Made by a program: the position numbers and the translations under genes. The notes below the pieces were generated by a model. That model was given only the letters and a program-made list of their open reading frames with translations, ran no database searches and was not told the origin of the DNA. Source: Candidatus Hadarchaeales archaeon (GTDB taxonomy: Archaea > Hadarchaeota > Hadarchaeia > Hadarchaeales > Hadarchaeaceae). From it: a stretch of DNA of 43,896 bases. This document shows positions 8,644-17,344 of the stretch, piece after piece (position 1 is the first letter of the stretch; every line of letters starts with the position of its first letter). The stretch is from NCBI GenBank assembly GCA_038851565.1, contig JAWCKV010000003.1, positions 433 through 44,328 on the forward strand, given 5' to 3'.

Positions 8644-10062
8644 GTGAAGGGCATTGCCGTTTTTACCGCAGCCCTCATCCTGCTCCTCCTACCCACAGCG
8701 GCGGCTGAGGAAGCCGCCATCTACACGGTGAAAATGAACTATGAGATGATCAACGCAGGAGGCAATGAAGCCATGAACGTGCGCGCCACCATCTATCTCT
8801 TCGACAACATCTCGGGCTGGGCCGAACAGACGATCATCAGCGAGGAGATCTTGCTCGAAGGAGCGCTGATATTCCCGCACATATTTGAGGGGGCAGAAAA
8901 CAGATGGACGACCATAGAGGTCGGAGATCTCAAGCCCGGAGAGAGGAAAGTCATCTCCGCCACACAGGTGATAAAGGTAAAAAGCGTGGGCCTCTCGATC
9001 GAGCCCTCAAACGTGGGAAGCGTGATGCCTCCCGAGGTTGAGGAGCTCACCGAGCCGGTTCCTGGTCTCTTTGAGAGCGATGACCCACGCATCCAGCAAC
9101 TTGCGATGCAGCTCACGTCCGGGATTACAAACCCCTACCTGAAGCTCGAGAGGATACTGAGATACGTGGCGGAAAACCTAGTCTACGAGAGGCAAACTGA
9201 GGAGCACGGCGCGCTCTGGGCCCTCCTCAACGGAAAGGGTGACTGCACGGAGTTCTCAAACCTGATGATAGCCCTCGCAAGGGCGGCGGGGATCCCTGCG
9301 AAGGCGGTCGTAGGCTATGCATATCTGCCAATATATGAGGAGAACCCTCAGGACACCCTCTCCTTGGGCCACGAGTATGCCATATTCTACATGCCTGGGT
9401 ATGGATGGGTGCCGGCAGATGCGGTCTGGCCCAGATACGGGGGGACGGTGGGGAAAACCGATCACTACAGGATAGCAGGGATAGCCACGGACGGCAGGGG
9501 GGTCGTCAGCGATCAGGGGAGGATATCATGGCCGGGTCCGGGATACCTGCACAGGGAGTGGAACTACGTCTCCGGAAGACCGACGAACGTCACGGGAGAA
9601 ACCAGCATGGAGCTCCAGCCCGACGTGCTCATACGCCTTGATCTTAACGCCGGTGGCTCCATTGAGAACGACATGCTTCCGCTTCAGATGACCATCAAAA
9701 ACGCTGGCAGGCGTGACGTGGAAAACCTGAGGGTAGAATTTGACGTGGATGTAAAAAAATTTCAGGTGATGGAGCCGTTGCCTGAAATAGATCGACTTGC
9801 GGGAGGAGAGGAGATCACCCTGAGCCACAGCGTGAGGGTGCTTGAAAACGGATACGGAAGCTCAAGCACGCTGAGCTCAACCGTTACCTTCGATCCTGTC
9901 TATCAGGGAGCCAAAGGCTTCAGTACATCCGCAACGGTCAGCGTCAACATCTCACCGAAACCAGAGTTGCCCGTGAGCCTCCTGGATCCTCTGCTACTGG
10001 CGGTGGGGATAGGGGTAGTCCTCGGGGGGCTCATAGGCGCACTGATCGCGGCAAAAAGATAA
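8644..10062 (+). CDS. Secreted, C-terminally membrane-anchored transglutaminase-like protein
   Basis: Signal peptide; GDCTEFS (Cys), GHEY (His), WVPAD (Asp); CARDB-like beta domain (IKNAGRRDVENLRV); C-terminal TM plus KR. Confidence 0.85.
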   Translation: MKGIAVFTAALILLLLPTAAAEEAAIYTVKMNYEMINAGGNEAMNVRATIYLFDNISGWAEQTIISEEILLEGALIFPHIFEGAENRWTTIEVGDLKPGERKVISATQVIKVKSVGLSIEPSNVGSVMPPEVEELTEPVPGLFESDDPRIQQLAMQLTSGITNPYLKLERILRYVAENLVYERQTEEHGALWALLNGKGDCTEFSNLMIALARAAGIPAKAVVGYAYLPIYEENPQDTLSLGHEYAIFYMPGYGWVPADAVWPRYGGTVGKTDHYRIAGIATDGRGVVSDQGRISWPGPGYLHREWNYVSGRPTNVTGETSMELQPDVLIRLDLNAGGSIENDMLPLQMTIKNAGRRDVENLRVEFDVDVKKFQVMEPLPEIDRLAGGEEITLSHSVRVLENGYGSSSTLSSTVTFDPVYQGAKGFSTSATVSVNISPKPELPVSLLDPLLLAVGIGVVLGGLIGALIAAKR

Positions 10063-10098
10063 CTAATTAAAGGTGAAGAAAAAACGTAAAGTGAGACC

Positions 10099-10710
10099 AT
10101 GTACGGGTTCACCGGGACTGTTGTTGGACTCAAGTGCAAGGACGGGGTGGTCCTTGGCTCCGACAGCAGGGGCACGGGTTACTATCTTGTCATGAGTAAG
10201 TCCGTGAAGAAGGTCTTTAAGATAGAAGAGAGGATAGGAGCAGCGGTTGCTGGAAGCAGCGGTGACGTGCAGAGTCTTATCGGGCTGCTGAGAGCCGAAG
10301 CTAACCTGTACCGTTTGAATCACGGAAGGTCCATAAGCACGAAAAGCGTGGCAAAAATCGCGTCGAACCTCCTCCACGGATATAGAATATTTCCATATGT
10401 CGTGGACGGCGTGATAGCTGGCGTGGACGATGACGAGCCACGTCTCTACTTCATAGATCCGGTCGGCGGAAAGCTGGAGGAGGAAAAGTTCGCCAGCGCG
10501 GGCAGCGGATCCACCGTGGCATATGGTGTGCTTGAGCAGCAGTACAGAGATGGCATGGACGTGAAGAACGGCGCAAAGCTCGCCGCGCTCTCCATAAAAA
10601 CCGCAATAGAAAGAGACGCAGCAACAGGTGACAGGGTGATTGTGGCCATCATAGACAAAGAGGGTTACAGGGAGCTCGAGGAGAAGGAGATGGCCGTCCT
10701 CACGGGATAG
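10099..10710 (+). CDS. psmB: 20S proteasome beta-type subunit (Thr1 position is Gly)
   Basis: KDGVVLGSDSR, K33, AGSGS and RDAATGD; Ntn-hydrolase beta-subunit pattern. Confidence 0.92.
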   Translation: MYGFTGTVVGLKCKDGVVLGSDSRGTGYYLVMSKSVKKVFKIEERIGAAVAGSSGDVQSLIGLLRAEANLYRLNHGRSISTKSVAKIASNLLHGYRIFPYVVDGVIAGVDDDEPRLYFIDPVGGKLEEEKFASAGSGSTVAYGVLEQQYRDGMDVKNGAKLAALSIKTAIERDAATGDRVIVAIIDKEGYRELEEKEMAVLTG

Positions 10711-10714
10711 CTAG

Positions 10715-11050
10715 CCTAGAGCACCGCCTTTGTCTTACCTGAAGATGTGTAGCTCCTCCATGTCAAATTATGTCCTTGCTTTTTGACCTATCTTGGTCTG
10801 CAGGTTGGGCGGACCCTAGCTGTTATCTTCCCCATACCGGCCGTGAAGTGAGCATTGCTGTCCGCGCCGAAGGACTCGGCCAACTCCACACTTGCGCCGA
10901 TCGACTGACGTTTTTACATTCACCTGCCAATACCCCTCGGGTCCCATGCCCAGCATAGTCCCAGGTCCCATGACGTGCCTGGAGATTGGCCTGGCCTCCC
11001 CCTCCCCGGTGGAAGCTACATGGGAGACTTCCCGCCCTCCCTCGTCTAGA
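10715..11050 (-). pseudogene. Decayed MalK/UgpC-type sugar ABC ATPase (C-terminal regulatory/TOBE region)
   Basis: Fragments in shifting minus frames: GKSPM*LPPG; TMLGMGPEG; IGASVELAESFGADSNAHFTAGMGKITARVRPTCRP; KIGQKART*FDMEELHIFR*DKGGAL. May extend to ~11270. Confidence 0.6.
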
Positions 11051-11433
11051 TGTGCTTTTCATATTGGTACATTATCAGATCGTGATTCCAGAAGTTGGTC
11101 CTCGCGAGTTGCCTACAGCTGAAACTGCTTCCGTTCTGAGATGACAAACCCGTAATCTCCGCCTGGGACCACGTTCACCCAAAGGACAGGGCATCCGGCC
11201 TGTCTATCACGAACTCCTTCTCACCGGACGAAAAATGACGAGCTATCCTCAAACAATTTTTCCTACCCCAATGCCATCATTTAACTTCATGAATGTTTTT
11301 AGCGTGGGCGGCTGTATTCTAAACAAAAAGAACTTCGTAAAACCCGAAAACAATATATCCTCTGGCTGGCCCCGGCTCCACCAAGGTTAAAAGCACATAA
11401 ACACTGATAGTAAAATGTACCCGGGCTGATGAT

Positions 11434-12624
11434 ATGGCCACCCTGAGGGAACTGGAGATATACCACTTCTGGGTTGGGCACGAACAGGCGCCAATTGACC
11501 ATCTAATAGACAAGTTCGAGTGGAAGTTCCCGATAAGAGTTCACAGAAACGCCATGGAATGGGGCTACTACTCCATGATAACCAAGGCAAAGATAATGAG
11601 GGGAGAGCCCCCGGATATAATGGTTTACGACATAGGCCAGAGGATACAGGAGCCCGCAAAATCCGGAGAGTTGACGGACCTGACCGAGTTATGGAAAGAG
11701 GAGGACATGGACAAATCATTTCCGGGCTGGATGAAGGACGCCTCCTCCTGTAACGGAAAGGTATACGGAATACCGGTGAAGTGCTTCACCTATGTGGTCT
11801 GGTACTTCAAGGATGTGTTTCAAAAACATGGGATCGAGCCTCCCACAACATGGGACGAGTTTCTTGAGGTCTGTAAAAAATTCAAAAGGGCCGGTGTTTC
11901 CCCTGTGGTCGCCAGCGGGTGGGAAGTCACCATATGGTTTGAAAACATACTTGCAAGGATAGTGGGACCGAAGTTCTACAACAGGCTCATGATGGGGGAG
12001 GAGAGCTGGACTGACCCCAAGGTCGTCGAAGCATATGAAACGCTCAGAGACCTTGCCAAGGAGTACTTCTATCCATCCCCCTTCAGCTACAGCTTCAGAG
12101 AATCCTGGGCCGCCATAAACAACCGGATGGCGGGGATGCAACTACAGGGGGACTGGGTCAACGGAATGTGGAGGAGGGGATACAACTATCAGCCGGGGAG
12201 GGATTTTGATTACTTCGTGCTGCCGCCGTTGAGCGACCACGCAGGAAGCGTGATGATCACGGGGGGCAATGTGTGGGCAGTGCCATCAGGTGCCCGCCAC
12301 GTCAAAGATGCAAAAACATTCCTGAAGTTCGCGGGATCCCTCGAGGCCCAGAACATGCTCGCGTCAGAGGGCGCGGGAATAGTCGGCAGGATCAACGTCC
12401 CCAAGAGCTCATATGACCCCCTCTCACAAAAGCTGATAAATGACCTGAAAAACAACCCCACAGTTCTCCAGATGGATGCCCTTCTTCCATCATCAGTGGC
12501 GAGCATAGAAAACCTCCAGCAGATGCAGGCGGTTCTGATGCCAAAGCTATCCCGCGCTCAACTGAAAAGGCTCGTCTCTGAGATACAGGCCGCACTCGAG
12601 AAAACGATAAAGGAGAGAAAGTGA
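11434..12624 (+). CDS. Sugar-type solute-binding protein (SBP family 1 fold) lacking signal peptide and anchor
   Basis: GEPPDI, NGKVYGIP, WYFKDVF..GIEPPTTWDEF, AGMQLQGDW, DFDYFVLPP, AKTFLKF; in-frame TAA at 11398-11400 upstream. Confidence 0.88.
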   Translation: MATLRELEIYHFWVGHEQAPIDHLIDKFEWKFPIRVHRNAMEWGYYSMITKAKIMRGEPPDIMVYDIGQRIQEPAKSGELTDLTELWKEEDMDKSFPGWMKDASSCNGKVYGIPVKCFTYVVWYFKDVFQKHGIEPPTTWDEFLEVCKKFKRAGVSPVVASGWEVTIWFENILARIVGPKFYNRLMMGEESWTDPKVVEAYETLRDLAKEYFYPSPFSYSFRESWAAINNRMAGMQLQGDWVNGMWRRGYNYQPGRDFDYFVLPPLSDHAGSVMITGGNVWAVPSGARHVKDAKTFLKFAGSLEAQNMLASEGAGIVGRINVPKSSYDPLSQKLINDLKNNPTVLQMDALLPSSVASIENLQQMQAVLMPKLSRAQLKRLVSEIQAALEKTIKERK

Positions 12625-13445
12625 TCCGGATGGTGAAAAAGTCAGGCACAGTCATCGGCGTGTTCTCGGCCAAGGGCGGAACTGGAAAGACCACGGTGGC
12701 GGTCAACCTCAGCATGGCGCTTGCAGAAAAAATGAAGGAGGATGTGATCCTGGTGGAAACAAACGTGATGGTCTCCAGCCTCGGCGTATATTTCGGGATC
12801 ATGGAATCCCAGGTCTCCATACAGGACATAGTTTCTGGAAAGGTAAGGCCCGAGGACGCCATAGTTCGGTACGGGGAAAAGCTCGACGTGCTGCCCGGTG
12901 CGCTGGGATTTGTGAAGGAATTTGGGATAGTGGACATGAGCGCGCTCATCGAACCTCTGAGGAAGAGATACGACATCATCATGCTTGATTCCTCACCCGG
13001 ATTCGGAGTTGAAGTCCACGCAGGCATGAAGGCCTGCGATGAGATATTGATAATCTCTCAGCCCGAGATCCCATCCCTTCTAGGGGCCATCCAAACTTAC
13101 AGGATGGCTGAGGAATGGAAGATCCCGGTAATGGCCGTGGTGGTTAACCGTTACAGGGGAAAGGACTACGAGATTCCCATTTCTGACATAAAAAAGACCT
13201 TCAGGGGCGCAAACGTCTTCGTCATCCCGGAGGACGACAAGGTTCCGGAAAGCGTGGCGAAGGGCATCCCGGTGGTGCTCTCAGCGCCAGATTCCCCTGC
13301 CGCCCTTGAATTCAACCGCCTCGCCAGGGGGGTGCTGGCCCATATAAAAAGTCAAAAACAGGTGAAGTACCTCAGAAAGAGAGATATTTGGTCCAAGGAA
13401 AAGCCGCAAAAACCCATAAAACTTCTCGCCGGTTTGCAATCCTGA
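12621..13445 (+). CDS. MinD/ParA family P-loop ATPase
   Basis: Deviant Walker A SAKGGTGKTT, DSSPG, VVVNR, IPEDDKV, SPAA; GTGA overlap with the SBP stop (alternative ATG 12630). Confidence 0.9.
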   Translation: MIRMVKKSGTVIGVFSAKGGTGKTTVAVNLSMALAEKMKEDVILVETNVMVSSLGVYFGIMESQVSIQDIVSGKVRPEDAIVRYGEKLDVLPGALGFVKEFGIVDMSALIEPLRKRYDIIMLDSSPGFGVEVHAGMKACDEILIISQPEIPSLLGAIQTYRMAEEWKIPVMAVVVNRYRGKDYEIPISDIKKTFRGANVFVIPEDDKVPESVAKGIPVVLSAPDSPAALEFNRLARGVLAHIKSQKQVKYLRKRDIWSKEKPQKPIKLLAGLQS

Positions 13446-13549
13446 CACGACGAACAAAGAACGTGGGGGGGCCCGGGGACCGACAAACATGTTAGATAGA
13501 TGCCCAACCTGGAAATAGGCATTGTCTCTGCAGTGAAACATCCCCGTGA

Positions 13550-14086
13550 ACCAGTAGTGCTGCTACTGGGCTACGCAAGTTAACCAGATGCGGATACCCT
13601 GACAACACAATTGACGTGAGCCCGCACATCTGCCTAGGCCTCTGAGCTAAAGGGACTTCAGGGACCGAAGAAGTGAAGATTGAACTCAAGACCGACGCCA
13701 ATCACGTGAGCGTGTATTATATGTTCAGTCCAATAAACAACATGGGGGGTTTGAAACTCACTCCTCCAGACGAGAATTCAAGGCGGACACAGTATCCGGT
13801 TGACCGGCCCATTTTCGCATGGCCAACATAGCAATTGGCAAGGAACCGTGGAAGCTGCGGCAACGTGATAGCAGTTCCCTCGACCGCCGAGAACGCCACC
13901 GTTAAAGTTATAAGCGTTCCGAAATGGGATGTAAACATAGGGGGAGAGTGGACGTAATGGGACTCCTCAAGGCCGGACAGCACTGCGGTGAAACCTGCAA
14001 CCCGGGTTGCATCGGGGCGGGTGTCAACAGTACGGACAGTCAACATCAGATATCTGCCAACTGTGGAACTGTACTATGGAGGGTGA
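13550..14086 (+). pseudogene. Decayed secreted-type protein with CBM11/CIA30-like segment
   Basis: One frame reads DNTIDVSPHICLGL*AKGTSGTEEVKIELKTDANHVSVYY...AENATVKVISVPKW...TVNIRYLPTVELYYGG*, with internal stops at 13643, 13829 and 13955. Confidence 0.5.
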
Positions 14087-14090
14087 GGAC

Positions 14091-14330
14091 ATGAAGAGAT
14101 GGAGAGGCGCTGTAATGCTCCTCATTCTGCTCTTTTTGGCGCCCGTGGTTTCTGCCGTTGATGTTTCTACCACGGCTGAAAGCGGGGAATTTCTCACGCT
14201 ATACGCCAGCACAGGAGGAGATACAATAATTCCGCTGGTCGCGGGGGTACTGCTGCTGCTGGCGTTGTTCATCGTTTTAATAACCATCAGGCGCATAAGA
14301 TACGCCCCTGAGGAAACGTATTTCTGGTAA
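14091..14330 (+). CDS. 79-aa protein: signal peptide, ~25-aa linker and C-terminal TM helix
   Basis: GGTGA before ATG 14091; MKRWRGAVMLLILLFLAPVVSA signal; IIPLVAGVLLLLALFIVLITI followed by RRIR. Confidence 0.65.
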   Translation: MKRWRGAVMLLILLFLAPVVSAVDVSTTAESGEFLTLYASTGGDTIIPLVAGVLLLLALFIVLITIRRIRYAPEETYFW

Positions 14331-14332
14331 AT

Positions 14333-14968
14333 CTAACTTCTGACGCGCCACTGCTTTATTATCTCCCTGAACTTCTCTAGCGGCTCTTCCCTCAGTTTTT
14401 CATCCAGCTCCACAAGCAGCCTCTCCGCCTTCGGTGAGCCTATCTGCCACAAATCGGCGTAAAGCTGGGCGGTTGGGACCACACCTCCCCTGCTCACCAT
14501 TTTTAGGTGCTCATCCATGCGCAGGACAATTATGTTGGGCCTCGTCACGTGCCTCTTTTTGAACTTTTGCTGGACAAGCACAGGATCCGCGTAAACGAAT
14601 ACCTCCGTGTAATCCATCGGTTTTGGAAATTTCCTGACATAGCCCGAAAACCCCGTGAATATAGCACCCTCTGGCATCCCGCTTTCAATGCTTGCTGCAT
14701 TTTCGGGTGCATATGTTGTGTACACCACATCGCGATATAGGTCTCTCGTGCATGCCCAGTATTGAAGTATCTTGAAAAAATTGACCACCCTAAAGCCCAA
14801 TGGCTTCTTTTCTACCGCCTTAAAACTCACGAGGGTCCTCACAACTTTGTGCGTGGTATCCAGCGAAACCTTGCACGCCTCCGCCAGAGATTTTTGAGTC
14901 ATGTACCACTCATCCCGCTCCAGAACGCGGTAGAGTATTTCACGGAACACATTATCCTTTCTGCGCAT
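14333..14968 (-). CDS. Winged-HTH protein with AbiEi-like (type IV TA antitoxin-like) C-terminal domain
   Basis: TQKSLAEACKVSLDTTHKVV HTH; C-terminal VVPTAQLYADLW motif. Confidence 0.7.
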   Translation of the reverse strand: MRRKDNVFREILYRVLERDEWYMTQKSLAEACKVSLDTTHKVVRTLVSFKAVEKKPLGFRVVNFFKILQYWACTRDLYRDVVYTTYAPENAASIESGMPEGAIFTGFSGYVRKFPKPMDYTEVFVYADPVLVQQKFKKRHVTRPNIIVLRMDEHLKMVSRGGVVPTAQLYADLWQIGSPKAERLLVELDEKLREEPLEKFREIIKQWRVRS

Positions 14969-15340
14969 GGTTGTGCCCTGTTCAATCTTGGCAGGCGGCT
15001 TGCTTAAATTGATTTTTGTGGGCTCCCCGGGCGATCATCCCAGCTCCGAGGACAGCGTTGTTTTCATTTATCCTTGCCTAAAGCGAGGCACAGAATATCA
15101 GAAGGGTGATGAGACGAGCAGGAGGTAAAGCGGGGTATTTGTCATAGATTCGTGGCTGATGAGCTTGATGCCCACGTGCGCGGGGCGAGCGTCTTGCAAA
15201 AGCACAAAGATGCCGCTGCCTGTCTCTAGGAGAAGGTGGAAGTCCTTTTACAAATTTTCACCAACTGGTCACAGAACCTAAAACCAAAAGGTATAAAAGA
15301 AGCCTATTATGAGAAATACTCCAAACTGAAAGGTGATGGG

Positions 15341-16132
15341 ATGACCGACTACCTGTTCGTCACTGACTTCGACAAGACGCTGAGCATAGATGACGCTGGA
15401 TTACTGCTGAGCCTCAAGCTCGGACTTAACAAGGACGAGTTCGACGAAAAGATAAAGCAGCTGAAGAATAAGAACCTGACGAAGTTCGGGGCAGAGGTGC
15501 CATATCTGATCCTGCACGATCCGGAGTTCAGTGGGAAGGTCAACCGGGAGATCCTCAGGGAGGTGGGGAGGGAAATAAGGCTGAAGAGACACCTTCCAGA
15601 GCTGATAAGGATACTGAACCAAGGGATCAAGGGAAACAAGTTCTCCACACATGTCATCTCCGCCGCACCACAGGAGGTCCTCGAAAAGGCCCTTGAAGGG
15701 ATCTTTCCACCCCAGAACGTTCATGGCACCATATTTGAGTACGACGATGGCGGATTCGTGAGGGACGTCAAAAAGGCGGTCGCCGGGGCTGGAAAGGTAG
15801 AGGTGCTGGACAACATAAGGAGGAAGGAGAAGATCCCGATAGACAGGACGATATACGTCGGAGACGGCTTCTCGGACATGTACATCATAATGTACGTGAG
15901 GGCATACCACGGCTACACGATAGCTGTCACCCCAACCTCATTCCTCGGCCACATATGCAAGAAAACCATAATTTCAAACGATGCCCTGAGCCTCCTGGCA
16001 CCGATACTGGAGGACATTCTCGGCTTCGCACACGAGGAGGTGCAGGCATTCTACGAGAGGATCGGGCACCCGCTGCAGACATGGGAGAAAGCAAAGGTAG
16101 AGTGGTTCGACTTCGGGACCGAGCCGAGGTAG
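15341..16132 (+). CDS. HAD-IB family phosphatase
   Basis: DFDKTLS, VISAAP, K, YVGDGFSD; GGTGA before ATG 15341; TATA-like GGTATAAAAG ~15290. Confidence 0.85.
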   Translation: MTDYLFVTDFDKTLSIDDAGLLLSLKLGLNKDEFDEKIKQLKNKNLTKFGAEVPYLILHDPEFSGKVNREILREVGREIRLKRHLPELIRILNQGIKGNKFSTHVISAAPQEVLEKALEGIFPPQNVHGTIFEYDDGGFVRDVKKAVAGAGKVEVLDNIRRKEKIPIDRTIYVGDGFSDMYIIMYVRAYHGYTIAVTPTSFLGHICKKTIISNDALSLLAPILEDILGFAHEEVQAFYERIGHPLQTWEKAKVEWFDFGTEPR

Positions 16133-16203
16133 CGGTGAAAACGGGCGGACCGAACCCCACACACATATTTTAATCTGCGCGGAGAAGTATCAATGGTGAA
16201 CAT

Positions 16204-16776
16204 TTGGACGTCCTGACAGCCGTCCTGATAATCATAATTCTGGTGCTGGCATGGTGGATCCTTGTTGTTGACAGGAGGATGCTGAATTACCTGAAGATGA
16301 GGCGAGAGATGGAAGCCCTCAGGGCTGAGCTCGCGAGGGTGCAGGGGCTCAACAAGGCCCTGATGGGCGAGGCCGGCATCGGAGCGGTTTCTAGGGCCAG
16401 GAGGAACCAGGCGCTTTTCGAGTTCGTGAGGGACCTAGAGGCCCTGAGGACTGCGGTAGCAGGGGCAAAAACCGCACAGGAGTACCTGGAGAAGAAATAC
16501 GGCGTAAAGGTGGGGGAGGAGCTCCTCAATCGAATCATCGCGAATCCGGGGGTGGAGTCGTCCGTAAAGACTGGTATAGCCGACGAGATGCTCGTTGGAG
16601 AGGTCGGCCGCGCGCTGATGAAGGGGCTCAACGCAGGAAAGACAATAGAGGACGCAGCGGCCGGGGTGGGGATCCCGGTGGCTGTGGCTAGGGGCCAGGT
16701 TATAAGGCTTCAGATGCTGGGGTACCTGGATTCCAGGCTGAAGCCGACAGAAAAGGGGCTTCAGGCGATGCTCTGA
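16204..16776 (+). CDS. Membrane-anchored coiled-coil protein with C-terminal winged-HTH-like segment
   Basis: N-terminal TM, coiled coil, C-terminal TIEDAAAGVGIPVAVARGQVIRLQMLGYLD..LKPTEKG; TTG start after GGTGA. Confidence 0.75.
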   Translation: MDVLTAVLIIIILVLAWWILVVDRRMLNYLKMRREMEALRAELARVQGLNKALMGEAGIGAVSRARRNQALFEFVRDLEALRTAVAGAKTAQEYLEKKYGVKVGEELLNRIIANPGVESSVKTGIADEMLVGEVGRALMKGLNAGKTIEDAAAGVGIPVAVARGQVIRLQMLGYLDSRLKPTEKGLQAML

Positions 16777-16792
16777 ACCAACGGGGAAGCTC

Positions 16793-17344
16793 ATGAAAAA
16801 CGTCAGGAGCAGGACTCTGCTTCTTCCCGATGAACTCAGACCTGTGCTGAGAAGGCCTCTCGGAGCGCTGTTTTCCGGCGTTGGGGAGATGATAAAACAG
16901 CTGAAGCCCAGCAAACGCATTGTCACGGTGGGGGACAGGGTAACCGCCGAGGCCATTCGACTTGGAATCAGGCCGGATATTGCCATAGTGGACCTCAGGG
17001 AGATGAGAAAGCCCATTGGCCGAGAGATTGAGCTACCGCTGGCTGGGGCAAGAAGGAAAATCATGGTGAAGAACCCAGCCGGAAGCCTGACGCCGGGGCT
17101 GTTCTCAGCGATATCCGAGGCCAAGAGCGGGACCGTGATAGTTGTGGACGGAGAGGAGGATCTGGCAGCGCTGCCGGCGATACTTCTCTCGCCCATCGGC
17201 ACCTCGGTGATCTATGGACAGCCAGGGGAGGGGGCGGTTCTGGTAGCAGTAACAAGGGGTAAAAAGGAGGAAATCCGCAGTATCGTAAAGAAATTTAAAG
17301 TGAGAACTCGAGGAGATAGGAGCAGGTGTCCGGATGAAGCTTGA
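16793..17344 (+). CDS. GTP-dependent dephospho-CoA kinase (DUF359/UPF0218)
   Basis: TVGDRVT, VKNPAG, VDGEEDLAALP, YGQPGEG; conserved position before S24e. Confidence 0.9.
   Translation: MKNVRSRTLLLPDELRPVLRRPLGALFSGVGEMIKQLKPSKRIVTVGDRVTAEAIRLGIRPDIAIVDLREMRKPIGREIELPLAGARRKIMVKNPAGSLTPGLFSAISEAKSGTVIVVDGEEDLAALPAILLSPIGTSVIYGQPGEGAVLVAVTRGKKEEIRSIVKKFKVRTRGDRSRCPDEA

Noticed and set aside
13643..13645. Selenocysteine or stop-codon recoding of the in-frame TGA
   Set aside because: The same frame also has TAG and TAA stops and I saw no SECIS; decay is the simpler explanation.
15105..15160. Possible C/D box sRNA (GTGATGA...CTGA)
   Set aside because: No recognisable internal D'/C' boxes or terminal stem.
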